Positions 1 to 12,699 of a DNA stretch of 64,000 nt are shown here, in pieces (the first letter of the stretch is position 1; each line of letters starts with the position of its first letter). Source of the DNA: Monocercomonoides exilis PA203 (taxonomy: Eukaryota; Protista; Preaxostyla). The notes under the pieces were generated by a model that did no database searches, had not been told where the DNA came from, and saw nothing but the letters and a program-made list of their open reading frames with translations. Position numbers and translations under genes: made by a program. Where the stretch lies: assembly GCA_001643675.2 (NCBI GenBank), contig LSRY02000001.1:310001-374000 (forward strand). The letters run 5' to 3'.

Positions 1-1020
1 GAAAACGGAGAAGAAAGTGGAAGCGAAAGCGGAAGCGAAGATGAGGACGAAGAGAGAGAAGGAGAGGAGCAAGTGATAACATCGTCCTGCTTAAGACGCC
101 TGACGCTGCACAAAACAGATGCTCCTTCTGGAATGGCCGCAGCAACAGCAGCTGCTTCTATTTCTATTTCTGCTTCTGCTTCAACTGGAGCAGGGCTGGG
201 GTCTCCTTGCTTCGTCGTCCCCTTCACAAACACAGTAGCTCTTCAGCTGCTGTCGTCGTCTTCGCTCTACACACCCACTGCCTCTTCGTCGAGCCAGTCT
301 TCGCTTTCGTCGCTGTCTTCACTTCCTTCTCTGCACAATGCAGCTTCTTCTTCTTCTTCCTCTTCCTCATCTTCTTCCTCTTCTTCTTCACAGGAAGCTT
401 CATTCACTTCTTCTCAGCCAGCAAACGAGCTATCTGCTGTCGACTCCCTCATCCCTCCTCCTTCGACCGTGGACGGGTTCATCTTCGGCGTTCCCGTGTC
501 TTCTCTTTCGCTTCTCTCTTCGTCGTCTCTTTCGTCTGCGGGGAAGGCAGCATCACAAGCTCCTCAGACAGGCTCGGCGCGGAGGGTGGTTGTGCTGCCG
601 TTTCAGAGAGAAACAAGCAGCGTTCCAGAGCAGCTGCCGTACTATGCGCCCACAACGAGCGCGTCTGTGTCGTTTATCGACGATGTGATGGGCGAAGAGA
701 AAGGAGGAGAAAGAGAAAGAGAAGGAAGAGGAGAAGATGGCACATATGTTGGAAGCGTGTCAAACGAGCAGGGCGCAGGTGAGTGCCTGGATTCTTGCTT
801 GCCTGTCTTTTCAAGCAGCCTTACCAGCCCTTCAGCGCTTGCGGTGCCGATTGAAAGAAAAGAGCAGACGGAAGCGATGGCAACTGATTCATTACTGGCA
901 CCAGCCCCAGCACAAACACAAGCACAGCTGCCGTTGAATGCAAATGTGGATTCCTTTTCGTCAGATGAGAAGAACCAGTATCATTCGTTCTTTATCGAAT
1001 TCCTGGAAAAAATGCTGTAG
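1..1020 (+). CDS. 3' part of a Ser-rich low-complexity hypothetical protein (5'-partial)
   Basis: Frame is open from base 1 (GAA AAC GGA GAA...) through the 73..1020 ORF to TAG; poly-Ser tracts; GC-richer than the AT-rich flank that follows. Confidence 0.7.
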   Translation, partial: ENGEESGSESGSEDEDEEREGEEQVITSSCLRRLTLHKTDAPSGMAAATAAASISISASASTGAGLGSPCFVVPFTNTVALQLLSSSSLYTPTASSSSQSSLSSLSSLPSLHNAASSSSSSSSSSSSSSSQEASFTSSQPANELSAVDSLIPPPSTVDGFIFGVPVSSLSLLSSSSLSSAGKAASQAPQTGSARRVVVLPFQRETSSVPEQLPYYAPTTSASVSFIDDVMGEEKGGEREREGRGEDGTYVGSVSNEQGAGECLDSCLPVFSSSLTSPSALAVPIERKEQTEAMATDSLLAPAPAQTQAQLPLNANVDSFSSDEKNQYHSFFIEFLEKML

Positions 1021-1955
1021 CTTCACTTCACCAATTTTGCTAAACTAAACACTTCATTCAGAAAAAGAAAAAAAAAAGATTAAGACTTTAAACGATTTGA
1101 GAAAGACTTGATAAAAATGATTGAAAAAATTAAAAATAAAATAAAATAAAAAAAAATAAAATAAAATAAAACTGTTCTCAAAAGAAAAGAAAAGAAAAGA
1201 AAAGAAAAGAAAAGAAAAGAAATTTTGTGAGTAAATAATAGTGAATTGAATCACGTTCTTATTTTGTCGTTTTCAAAGAAAAGAAGTGTTCTATTTATTT
1301 TATTTTATTTTTCCCTTTTCATTTCATGCTCCTTTTTGATATGAAGAACGGAAAAGACGTAAATCATTTTACAAAAACAAGCAAGCATACAAATAATATA
1401 AATCTAAAAAAAAAATAATAATTTTCCTTTCTCAGTCTTTATTTTTATTCACGAAGCACAATAAACATCAAAAACCAATTCAAACAAGCACGCAACATCT
1501 TTTTCCTTGTTGGAAATACAAATTTTGCCTTACAGTGAATTCTGTTCAATTGTACAACTCTAACCAAAAAATAGCTCCAAAATGCTTTTTCCAGTCATGT
1601 CCTTCCTCCTTCTCACTCTCCCTTCCAATCTCAATCCTTAATTTTTCTTCCCTTTTGATTATTTTTTAGTGTCTAAGATATCAAAACTAAATTGATTCCT
1701 TGCAGATCCTTCTTTGAATATAGTAAATGCTTCACCATTTTCCTTGCTTCTATCAACTTCTTTGCATTTTTGCCTTTTCCAAAAATTCCTTTTATTTATT
1801 TATTTATTTTTATTTTTGCAAAAAAAAGAATTCTTTTAATCATCTGTACAAACAAAGAAATTAATGCAGTGTCTGACGATTCAAGTGAATGACGAAGGAA
1901 AATTTTGTCAATAGTTTCTATAAAGCTTCAGACGATCAATAAGCTTTAAATGAAG

Positions 1956-1987
<32 letters not shown>

Positions 1988-3675
1988 CTAGTAGTAGTAG
2001 TAATAGCAGTAGAGTAGAAGAAGATTTTGATGACAACGACGACGAAGAAGAAGAGTAGGAAGAGCGATATTTGATGGAATATACCTTTTGCTCACAATCA
2101 GAAAAGTCAATGAATAGCAAATGAAAACGCAAGGCAACTATCAAGGAGCGGACGATTGCCTTTATCAACCCATTTTGTATCTCAGAATCAAGGCTCACAG
2201 CAACTTTCTGTCATTTTTCAGATAACTCGAAAAATTATGACTTGCCTTCCAATTTCAGAAAGGAAGTTAATAAGGATGCAATTCTAGAAGATCACCTGCT
2301 TCATTGTTTCTTCTATGCTCATTGTCTTCCATCTTTTTCCCATTTGTGACAAGTTTCATTTCAATTACCATCAAAAGTCGTTTTCCAAATATTTATTTCG
2401 AGACTTCAGCATCCTTTTTCAAGCGCTTTTGTCAGCAATTTCACTAATAGTTCTTTCAAAATCATTTCTGCTCCCCAATGTTGGATTCTCCAACTTTCTT
2501 GTGAAATATGAAATTCTCTATTTTCATCTAATCCATCTTTTTTGATTCTTAAATTGTGAATTTTGTCAAAAACATTCCCGTGTCCAATACCACCAAATGC
2601 CTTTTCTACACTTTATTGTCGCAGATATGCAGCATCAACACTCGGCATTCGCAAAAAGCAAGCAGACATTGCTCTTTTTATTCATTTTCATTCGTTTTCA
2701 CTTCTGAGTCGGCCAGGAACACAAAAATTATCAATGCACAAAAACAATAAAATAAAAATAGAAGCATATACCATGCTATATTTCTCCTCTTTCGCGTCAA
2801 AAGACACATCATCAGTATTTTAGAGATTCATGAATCTACAAAATATATCAAATTTTTATTTATAATTCAAAGCGATTTTGAACACTGCCATTTATGAAGC
2901 GACATCTCACCAGCGCGCTCCATCTAAAAAAGCTTCCATGTGAGAAATAAAAGTTCTTAATGTGAAAATAGCACGATCTATACCATTATCATTGAAATGA
3001 CACAAGAATTGATTTTTTGGCATGAGACAATTTTTTTGTGTGGAGAGAATCAATGAACTATGCATGGAATATTTGTCGTAACATGTACTTCATTGAGATA
3101 TAGGAAATTTTTGTAAATTTTCGAATAATACTAATAAAAAAATGAATTGTTATTGGATACAAATTGAAGGGGAGCACAAAGGATGATCGAAAGGAACATC
3201 CATGGAAAACGATCTTTTTCTTTTTCTTCTTCTTTGCATAATAATTGAAAAATTGGAAAATCACAAAATTGATGAACAGCCAGAAAACATGATTTGTTAC
3301 AGATTATTTGGAAGTGCAAATGAAGAAGAAATGGATTGCATTTAATCTGAAGGGAAAACAACATATTTATTCATTCAAACATTGAAATAACTTCCCCATC
3401 AAATTTTCTCAAACCTTCAACATTAAGCACAAGATTCCTGACGATGAACTTTGAAGAAATATGAATAGACTAATGACAGTGATAAAAGGACTCAAAACAA
3501 TCTTCGAGAGAGATACACTCCTCATGGATTGTTGTTGAGCGAAGAAGTTTAATAATTTCATTCAAGTTTGTGTTTTGTTTATTGAAGGTTGAATTGAACA
3601 GGGAAGCATTTGTGGCAGCATTAAAGGATGTGGGATTGCAATTTTGAAACTCTTTTTTATTTTTTTAAAAAATAA

Positions 3676-3707
<32 letters not shown>

Positions 3708-4322
3708 ACAATAAAAAAATAAAAAATAAAAACAAATTGTGATATTTATTCAATTGTTGCCAGACAATTTTACATTTGATTAATATTTCTCTTTTCTTTC
3801 AAGAAAATGATGAATCATTCTTATCTGTCAAAAACAAGGAAAACTTGCATTAACAAACGAAGCCTTATAAAAAAGTTTGAAAATTAATTTTAAAGCAATA
3901 TTGTTTTACTTTTTTTTTTGATGCAAACGTTGTTGGATAGGTTTTTTTTGTGAGATTATTTTTTTGAAAAAAATAATCTTTGTTTTGGAGCTGTGAAATT
4001 ATAATGCCAAATATCACAGAAACAGATAACAGAGAAAGCATTTGTTCAAATGAAGAAATATTGCAATTCTTCAGTTGGTTGCCAATTTGATTTCGAAGTC
4101 TAAAAAAATAGCAAAAACAGTTCAATTTCGAATAATAATAAAACAGCTTCAAGTCAAAGAAAAATAATATCTAAGTGTTTAACAAAATATATGTGTTGTA
4201 ATATGTTTTGAGAAAAATTAAAAAATATTTAAACAAAATGATGCTTTTTGATCAATTACATAAATTTAACATCGAAAAACACGAATAATGGCTTTTGAAA
4301 AAATTAAAGAGCAAGAAAATCG

Positions 4323-7300
4323 ATGTTTTCAGTTTTTTTGATCAAATGGGCATTTAATGCGGTATTTGTTTGTGTTTGCTTGGATTCCTGCCTTGAAAAG
4401 AACGGATTTGGGCAGAGTGCGATTGTCCACTTTTCAGAGGATAATTTGAAGAGTTGCTGGTTCAGCTTAAAAAACAGCACAATCGAGCTGCGATGCATGT
4501 CAATGGAAGTTGCAAGCACGGGCTCCATTCTGCATGTGGACAAAGAAAGCACAAGTGTTTTGAAGAACGTTCCGATTTTGGTGAATTCGGCAAAGGCGGA
4601 TTCGCTATTTTTCTCCCAAGGAGTTGTCCATCTGAGCAATATTAGTGTTTCACATGCACAAAAATATTCGAGCATTCAATGCAACATGTTCCGCTCAGAT
4701 GGTTGTGGAATTTTTTCGATTTCAGAAAGTTCGATCAGATCTCCCATAATTTTATCTTCCTCTTTTTCCTTTTCCGGACAAGCCTCATTGATGGAAATTT
4801 CTCAGTGCATATTTCATAATTTTTCTGTGATCAACAAAGAAGATCACACGAATAAATTCCAGAGCAGATTTTGCGAGGAAATATCGATTAGCGGATGCTA
4901 TTTCGATAAAGTTGATGATCCGGTTGACGGAAGTGTTGTTCCTCATTTTGAGAATACAATTTCGTATATAGCCCGAAATAACACATTTTTTGAATGCCAA
5001 CGAGGATTGTTAAATCGGAAAACGAATGAACCCATTATTGGAGAATCTTTCGATGCCAGACAAGCGCCAGCAGCTGGAACTACTGAATTAATTCTTGAGG
5101 ACTGCGATTGGCAAAAATCTGAAGCATATCAAGTCGATGGAGGGGCACTTTTTTGCTCAAGCACTGCTGTCACATTGAAAATGACCAACTGCTATTTCAA
5201 CCAATGCAAAACAGTGTTCAATATATATGGAAGTGGTGGGGCTGTGGCCATTGGAGCAGCAAAGTCGTTGTTTCTTTTCTCTTGCACGTTTTATCAATGT
5301 GAAACAGAAGGAGGAAACGGAGGTGGACTTATAACACAAGGGGTGACTGGTTGCCATGTTGTTTCAGGATGCACATTTGACGGTTGCAGAGCAAGCTACG
5401 GAGGCGGGTTTTCCATTTCTTACAGTGGAGAATGCACGTCAAGGATTTGCTCCCAGTATTCTTTGTCGGCAATGAGTAATTTGGAGAAGACAAATGATGG
5501 AAACGATGAATGTGAGTATGTGGTTTTTGAGTGCACTTTTTCTGAATGTAATGCTGTGAATATTGGAGGAGGAATGCAAATACGAAGAACAAAAAGCACA
5601 AAGGTTATGGAATTACTGTTTATTCAGTGCACATCATACAAAGGAGGTGGGCTGCATTATATTTACAGCACAAATCTATATGGATATGTTGCATCGGATG
5701 TGTTTAATTCCTTCTTCGATAAATGCTCTGCGTCAAGCAAAATTGGACACGATGCATATCTTTTTGATGGATGGAACATGATTAAGGCATTATTTTGGGA
5801 CTGCGTTAGCCGAACAGATACTCCTTTGGAAAACAGAGTTTATTTGGAAAACGATTTTGGAGATGATGCAGATTACACAGCATGGATTCCAATAGTGGAG
5901 CATGGACCACCCAGTCGTGTATCGTCCACCGGAGCTGATGAGGAAAACTGCAACAAGTTCCCCAATTCATGTTCGTCGATTGGATATCTTTTAAGCAAAA
6001 CAGCTGAAAATGATATTTATATTGAACTCCAGGGATCTTCTCCTGTTATTGGAATTGAATCTTTGAATGGAATTGATGTTGGGTCAAAAACAGTGGAAAT
6101 CAGAGGAAAGTTTGACACCACAAGAAGAAACTATCTTGGAATTCCTCAGATGGCTTCCGACAAATACTATTTCAATGTTGGAGCAGGCAAGTTGAAGTTG
6201 AACACTTTTTATCTGGACATTCTTTATGTAGAGTCTTCGATGGCTGCTCTCAGCGGAACAGGAGAAATTTCGTTGCTGTTGATCTGGATCAGTGGCGACT
6301 CAACAAAAAAATACGCAAACCCGCTGATTCTGGCAACTGGAGGAACACTGAAGTTGGAAAGCATCAGCGTGGATTATTTGATGCCAGTAAGTGGAACCAC
6401 TTATTTGTTGTCTCTGACGAACACAGCAACGACAATCTTATCTTGCACAATTCAGACAGGAACAAATGAAGTTTTCACAGAAAGTGATATTGGAGATGAC
6501 GATGAGTTCATGTGCAAATATGACACAGGCACAATTGCTATCTCTGGAGGCACTGCAACAATCAACAACAGCACGATCAAATCAAACTCGTGGGGAGGGC
6601 TCAAGGTTGATGGTGCCCAAGTCACTCTGATTGACTCAAAAATCACAGACAATACTGTCATCTACGATCTGATGAAAGGAGAAAGAAATGTTGTTTGTAG
6701 TGGGGCTGGAACAATCGAACTCCAAGCAACAAGCGCATCGTATGTTGATGAAGTTCAACATTGGCTTAATAAAGGATGCACATTTAGCGGAAACCTCACA
6801 CAGATCACTTCTTCATATTTGAAGCCAACTATTTATGATTTAGGTGTGAAAAATACATCAACTGTGAGAAAATTTGAGGTTTCAATATATGGAAATGATT
6901 TTCTGTCATGTGCTGTGAAAGTGGAGGGAAAGAGAGAAAGTGACTCAGAAAGTGATTATGTTATTGCTGATGAAGTGTTATTCGACGGAATGGATAAAAT
7001 TGACGCTGTATTCATTTTTCCCGAAAGCAGCAATGCATCCAGCTCGAATTCCTTTGAAAATGTTGATGAAGAGTCGTTTGCGGAAAAGGAAAAGAAAACA
7101 TCTTCTGGAAATCTCCCTGAGATCATGATCAGATTGAAGTATGTGAAAGCACCGAATCTGACTGGGAGCTCAATTTGGGATTCTGCTGAATATGTTGCAA
7201 CAAATTGGACAAAGTCTCAAACAAACAATATTACAAATGGTACTGGAACAGAAAAACCAATTGATGACGAACCATTCCCTCTTATTCCTGTTATAGCAAT

Positions 7301-7445
7301 TAGCGCGGGAAGCGTTGTTGTTATTGTTCTGATTGTCATTTGCTGTTGTTGCTGCTGCCATCATAAGTGCTGTTGCCAAAAGAAAAAGCAGAAGGAGAAA
7401 AAATCAAAAAAGAAAGTCAAATCAAAAGATATAGAGTTAAATTAA
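4323..7445 (+). CDS. Type I membrane surface protein with Pmp/pectin-lyase-like right-handed beta-helix repeats (1040 aa)
   Basis: Hydrophobic N-terminus; repeated GGA/GGG plus F-x-x-C motifs (DGGALFC, SGGAVAI, NGGGLI, YGGGFS, IGGGMQ, KGGGLH); single C-terminal TM (LIPVIAISAGSVVVIVLIVI) followed by CCCCCCHHKCCC and a Lys-rich tail. Confidence 0.8.
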   Translation: MFSVFLIKWAFNAVFVCVCLDSCLEKNGFGQSAIVHFSEDNLKSCWFSLKNSTIELRCMSMEVASTGSILHVDKESTSVLKNVPILVNSAKADSLFFSQGVVHLSNISVSHAQKYSSIQCNMFRSDGCGIFSISESSIRSPIILSSSFSFSGQASLMEISQCIFHNFSVINKEDHTNKFQSRFCEEISISGCYFDKVDDPVDGSVVPHFENTISYIARNNTFFECQRGLLNRKTNEPIIGESFDARQAPAAGTTELILEDCDWQKSEAYQVDGGALFCSSTAVTLKMTNCYFNQCKTVFNIYGSGGAVAIGAAKSLFLFSCTFYQCETEGGNGGGLITQGVTGCHVVSGCTFDGCRASYGGGFSISYSGECTSRICSQYSLSAMSNLEKTNDGNDECEYVVFECTFSECNAVNIGGGMQIRRTKSTKVMELLFIQCTSYKGGGLHYIYSTNLYGYVASDVFNSFFDKCSASSKIGHDAYLFDGWNMIKALFWDCVSRTDTPLENRVYLENDFGDDADYTAWIPIVEHGPPSRVSSTGADEENCNKFPNSCSSIGYLLSKTAENDIYIELQGSSPVIGIESLNGIDVGSKTVEIRGKFDTTRRNYLGIPQMASDKYYFNVGAGKLKLNTFYLDILYVESSMAALSGTGEISLLLIWISGDSTKKYANPLILATGGTLKLESISVDYLMPVSGTTYLLSLTNTATTILSCTIQTGTNEVFTESDIGDDDEFMCKYDTGTIAISGGTATINNSTIKSNSWGGLKVDGAQVTLIDSKITDNTVIYDLMKGERNVVCSGAGTIELQATSASYVDEVQHWLNKGCTFSGNLTQITSSYLKPTIYDLGVKNTSTVRKFEVSIYGNDFLSCAVKVEGKRESDSESDYVIADEVLFDGMDKIDAVFIFPESSNASSSNSFENVDEESFAEKEKKTSSGNLPEIMIRLKYVKAPNLTGSSIWDSAEYVATNWTKSQTNNITNGTGTEKPIDDEPFPLIPVIAISAGSVVVIVLIVICCCCCCHHKCCCQKKKQKEKKSKKKVKSKDIELN

Positions 7446-8880
7446 TTTTTAATAATTGATCAAAACTTTTAGGAAAAGACAAAATATCAGAGTTGGTATT
7501 TTTGAATCATTTACAAAATGAAATTTAAGATTTATTTGTTTTTTGAAGTTGCATGTGAAATTTTACACAGAAAGCATGCATTTCGTTTTTAAGCATTTAT
7601 TTTTCATTTGCATTAGAAGTTACCTTTTTTTTCCTGCTAGTTTATTGTTTTTTTCCAGAGAGTCAGATGACTTATTCATTTAAAAAAAATTTTTTTTGTT
7701 TTCTTTCAATAAATTATTAGGGTGTGCGAGAACATTTTGCTCATTATCGTATGCTTCAATTGAATTTTCACTTATTGTTAGATGGTTTATGTTTCTTACA
7801 AACTTTTTTCCAGTTTTATAGGAATATATGCATTTAAAATGACTTGGTGATTTCAATTAATTTAATTTGCAACTTTTTTTTATATGTTTGATGTTTAATT
7901 CCATGAACGGATTTCTTCATCGGTTTTTTAATGTTTTTTTTTCAACACGAAAAATTAGCAAAAATTGTTATTTCTTTTTTCTTTTTTGATTTTGAAAAAG
8001 ATATTTTTTTTCTAGGTCTATTTTTCACTGGCTTTCAAAAAGGATTAAAAAGAAAAGTCCGAGATTCCAATGTTGCTTCAGAATGAAACATTCATTTGGG
8101 AATTAAATGTCATAATGCTGAAAAGATATTGTTGACGTTTTTAATTCTTTCACGAAAAATTCCTAATCAGATTTTTTTTAATGGAATATATTTTTTTTGT
8201 TTTTTTTCATTTCTTTTTCTTTCTTCTCTTTTTCTTTTTTCTCTTTTCTTTTACAAACAATTCTTGTTGCATTTCTTTATTGATTCGCCAATGAAATTGG
8301 CCTATTCCATCCTTCCATGCAAACAGAACAGCGCATACACTTCCCATGCAGAAGGTGATTAGCTTCAGTCCAGGCTTAAACAACAGTTGGATAGCACAGA
8401 AAAACACTTGACGAGCGACAAAGTGGCAAATTTCGAGATATTCTGAGAGAGATCTTCTGCCAGCTGAACAAAGGCAGGATAAGGAATACTGCACTGTTTT
8501 TCTGGGTTTGAGGCAGAAGTCGCAAGAGGACTGCAACTATTGCGAGCTTTTAATGAGGGAGCCGCAAAGGCAGGTGAGAAGCAACAAACGGTTTAGTATA
8601 TCATCTTTTGAATTGATGTGAACTCGACATTTGCATTTCAACAGGATCAATGTGAATAAGTTAATTTATATTTATTTGAATTAAATTATTTTGATATATT
8701 TCTGTTAGCAATGGGAAACCGACACTGAGGTGGAGTTCTTTGACTCGATTGTGAAGCAAATCGGATGGAAATCACTTACTGTTCTTTTCTCTGAAGATTG
8801 ACACAAGCGGGCTTTCTGAAGAAGACTGCGTCCAGAAAATGACGGATATTTGATCTTCATTTGGACAAGATGCTCTGTAT

Positions 8881-8943
8881 CTTCTTTTTCTTTTTCTTTT
8901 TCTTTTTCTTTTTCTTTTTCTTTTTCTTTTTCTTTTTCTTTTG
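8881..8943 (+). repeat. (CTTTTT)n microsatellite
   Basis: Tandem hexamer read directly. Confidence 0.9.
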
Positions 8944-10356
8944 TTTCTTCCTCTACATCTCTTCCTCATTATCCTCCTCTTCTTCTACAATGAGAACCGG
9001 TTTGAAGCAGAAACATGTGACTGGTTTGTTGGCAAAAAAGGCAAAGAAAAACTTAAAGAGGAAGAGGAAGAGAAAGAAAGAAAGACAGAAAAAGAAGAAG
9101 AGGAAGAAGATGAATAAAATGAGGCAGAAGAAAGGGAAGAAGAAGAAGTTGACGTTAAGTTCAATAATCGAAAGCTTTCTGTTGTATGAAAGTTTTTTCA
9201 AAACAATCTCATTCTCTGCTCCATTGGGAATATTCTTTGGTATGATGCTAAAGACGATAGCAAAATGACTCAAATCCATTTTGTCTCTCATTAACCCCCA
9301 ATCGGAATATCTGGAATCGAACAATCATATTTTCTCACGTGTTCTCTCTTAAACAAAACAATGAAATCCAGTTCCACCGTTCTCCTGAATCCATTAAAAC
9401 CATCTTTTTCCCCTCCCATTTCAATAAAGACAATTCATCCAACTGCAACTATCTCCAAATACCCTGTTCCATTTCTTTGCGCATCCCAATTTCCATTCAA
9501 TTCATCTACCCCAATCTCTTCGTCTAATTTTATGAAAATATTCTTACCCCTCAAAAAATGCCCCTTTTCAACGAAATTTGCTATTCTTTCTTTTTGTATA
9601 AACGATCTTCAACCCCCGTCAATTTCTGCTCTGTCCAATAACATTTATAATTGAATTTCTATCCAGTGTGTCAAAGTCAAAAATTATTGACGAAAATAAT
9701 CGAGTTCAAAAATCTTTTCATTCAAGCGCGTGCTATTTGCAAAAAATTACATTTCAATTACTTCTTTTGTGTTCTGCTCCTCAAAGAATAAATTAAATTC
9801 TTGTACAAATTGTCATATACTCGCATCCTGAAAAGAAAATGGTAATTAGACCTTCATATAAATACAGAAATAAAAAATACAGACATTCGCTTTTTCTTTT
9901 TCTATCTTTCTATCCATCTATCCATCTTTCTTTCTTTTCTTAATTGTTCAAAAATAAAAATTATTGAATCTCCTGGGTCATCCAATTTATAATTCTTCAG
10001 ACTGAATTCCTCATCCGCAATAAATTTCCATTGATTGATGTTGACAGGTGAAATAATACATCCTATTGTGCAGAAAATATTCTCTAGCCTATCTCTCATC
10101 TCACCAATGGATAATATCCTGCAAATATTACTTTTTGATCAGAATATCCATAACAGAAAGGCAAAAAACGTTTTTTCTCTTAAATATTTTGCCAAAAATT
10201 CTTTCAAAAAAGAGTGGTATGAGGAAAGGCATTTTCCAGATAGTTTTGTAAATTTAATATTTGTCATTTTTTCTCTGCCTCGATTATTCTTTTCATTTGG
10301 ATTGATAAAAATGTTGATGTCTTCTGAACGAAGTGTATTGCAAAAAGTCGAAGGAA

Positions 10357-11749
10357 ATGAGCGTCACTGAAAAGTTTATTGGTTTGCATCCATTTCTGCA
10401 TTTGAATTTCTGATAATTGCATTTCTTTCTTTCTTTATAATTTTGAAGCATTGTTTTATGGACTTGAAGAGTGCGGAGAAGATGAACAAATGCAGAAAAT
10501 AGAGGAAATAAAAAGAATGATTATTAAAATGAATGAAGAAGAATTCGTAACAGTTTTCACAGAGGAGATGTTCAATAAAATGGGGAAAATGATTGAAGAA
10601 AAGACATTATCATGGGGAAACACAATTTTGTTGTTGAAGAATGCTGGTTCTTGCAAGGAAATGAAAAGCTTTTTTTGTGATTCTTTTGATGATTCATTAT
10701 TGAGCGAAAGGATGAAAGTGATGATAATTGATAAAAATGAGAAGAAGAAAGAAGAAAAGAACGAAAGGCTTATGGTTGATCTTTGCAAATGCTTCTCTTT
10801 GCTGAATGTCTACTTCATTTCATCGGAATTGCATTCAATCACTGCGCCTCACCTTCTGAAAGCTGCGTCGAAGAAAGAGGAAAGCGAGGAAATTCAAAAG
10901 GAGGTAGAAATGGCTTTGTTAGCTTTGAGCAACATTAGAGGATTAAATGTTTGAACATTTCTATTTCCTTTTTGACATTTTCGAATTTTTTTTTCGATTT
11001 TTTGTCAGAGAATTGATGAGGAACTGTGTTTGAATGTAATCAAAGAAATCATTCAATATCATCAGGAACATCACAACTTGACGCGACTTGCGTATCATTC
11101 GGCTTGGATGTTTTTGATAAGCAGATTGGACGATGATAAAGATATGGAAGATGATATTATTAACAAACTGCATTTTATGAGAGAAGCAAAAAGAGAGTTG
11201 GAAGCGCTTTCAAAGAGTGTGAATTTGATGAGAGAAGAAATGAAAAAAGTTCTTGTTTTGAAGAGATGGCTCGAAACGCTGGAGTCTTTCTTTTTCATTT
11301 GTTGGCCGAGGAATGAAGAATATGTTGAACTGATCGAATGCCTTGTCCAGTTATTTCGAGCAGCAAAGGATAATTACAGAAAATTAGGCGATCAATGCAT
11401 TTTGGTCATTGGAAGAGCAGCAGAAAATAGAGCTGTCGAAATTGAAGACTTATTGGAGAGCGATACAATTGATGTTTTTTTGGAGGTGATTCACAAAACA
11501 ACATTGGATGACAAAATGATGCATGAATGCTTAAGATTTTTTACGAATGTTTCAAATAAATTAAAAGGGAAGGCTGATAAAAAAAATGAAGAAGCGAAAA
11601 GAAAGGCTTCAAAAAGGAAGATATTTGAAAAGATGGAGGAAGAGGGATACGAAGATATCATTGCAAGCTTTTTTGAAGTGTTTTCTTTTCATAACAGATA
11701 CTTTGGTGAATTTTCAAATAATATTACTGATTATTTTGTATATGTTTGA
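10357..11749 (+). CDS. Expanded lineage-specific family protein (helical, HHNLTxLAY motif); 3 exons: 10357-10381, 10449-10948, 11009-11749
   Basis: GT-AG introns 10382-10448 (phase 1) and 10949-11008 (phase 0) join ORFs 10451..10954 and 11030..11749 in frame (MSVTEKFIALFYGLEECGEDEQ...); collinear with the paralogue at 12700-14158. Confidence 0.8.
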
Positions 11750-12699
11750 GGAAATGAAACTCCTTTGATTTCAAAACTTTGAATTGATATTTAACTTTTT
11801 TTCTCAATATGTCAAAAAATAATTGATTGGAGAACTTTTATTGATATTTTTGTTTCCTTTCAAAAAAAAAGAAAGAAGAAAAGAAAAATGAAAATTCTTT
11901 TCAATTCGTTAAATGGATTATTGCCCTCCATCTTCTTCAAGAAGATTCATTTTTATTATAATGCATTCAATTGTTCAGTTTTTGCCTCTTGAAGCCTCTG
12001 AACTCTTTAACTTATAATCTTTCTGATTATTTTTTCAATGAATTCATGAAGGAGAAGAATGAAATGGTTATTTTTGAGAAAAATTGAAAGATATCAAAGA
12101 AAAAATGTTCGTTGAAGAAACCTGTTATCAACTTCTTATGTGCAAAATGCTTCAGAAATAAATCCAACGACAAAGAAGAAAAACAAAAACCTTAGTCAAA
12201 AACTGCTTGACTGAAACAAGTCAATCGAAATCGAATTCTATCTCTGTTTTTCTTTCTCTTTTGCTCAAAAATCTTCAATAGAAGTTCCTCCAGTTTTTGT
12301 TTCATTGACCTTCTCTTCCATTCCATTCATCATCTGAAAGTCACTCTATCCCAATTCATCTAAATTACGTGTCGTCTTCTTTGTTGAAACGAATGAAGAA
12401 GAAGAAGAAGAAGAAAAGGAAGATCACAATTGTTGAAATGAAGACAGATGCTATGTGAATGCTTGAATGAGTGAGGGAGAATGAGTCAGTGAAGTCGAAC
12501 TGGAAGATGAGAATGAGAAGATTGAATGAAATGAATGAAGAACACACAATTTTTGTTGAATACTCTTCGTGTTCAACTAATAATGTTGATTCGAACCGAA
12601 GCCATTTCTCTTCTCTCTTCTCTTCTTCTTTAAATTTTCTTCTTTTCTGAGAAGAGAAGAGATGAGATGAGATGAATGGAAATGTGTTTAACATTCGCT

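Noticed and set aside
1400-3560. Coding-like fragments on both strands
   Set aside because: Multiple stops, no consistent gene model and no recognisable motif; possibly decayed genes.
8290-10260. Coding-like minus-strand fragments (8953..9324, 9902..10099) and a plus-strand fragment near 8.7 kb
   Set aside because: Could not be joined into a gene or assigned to a family.
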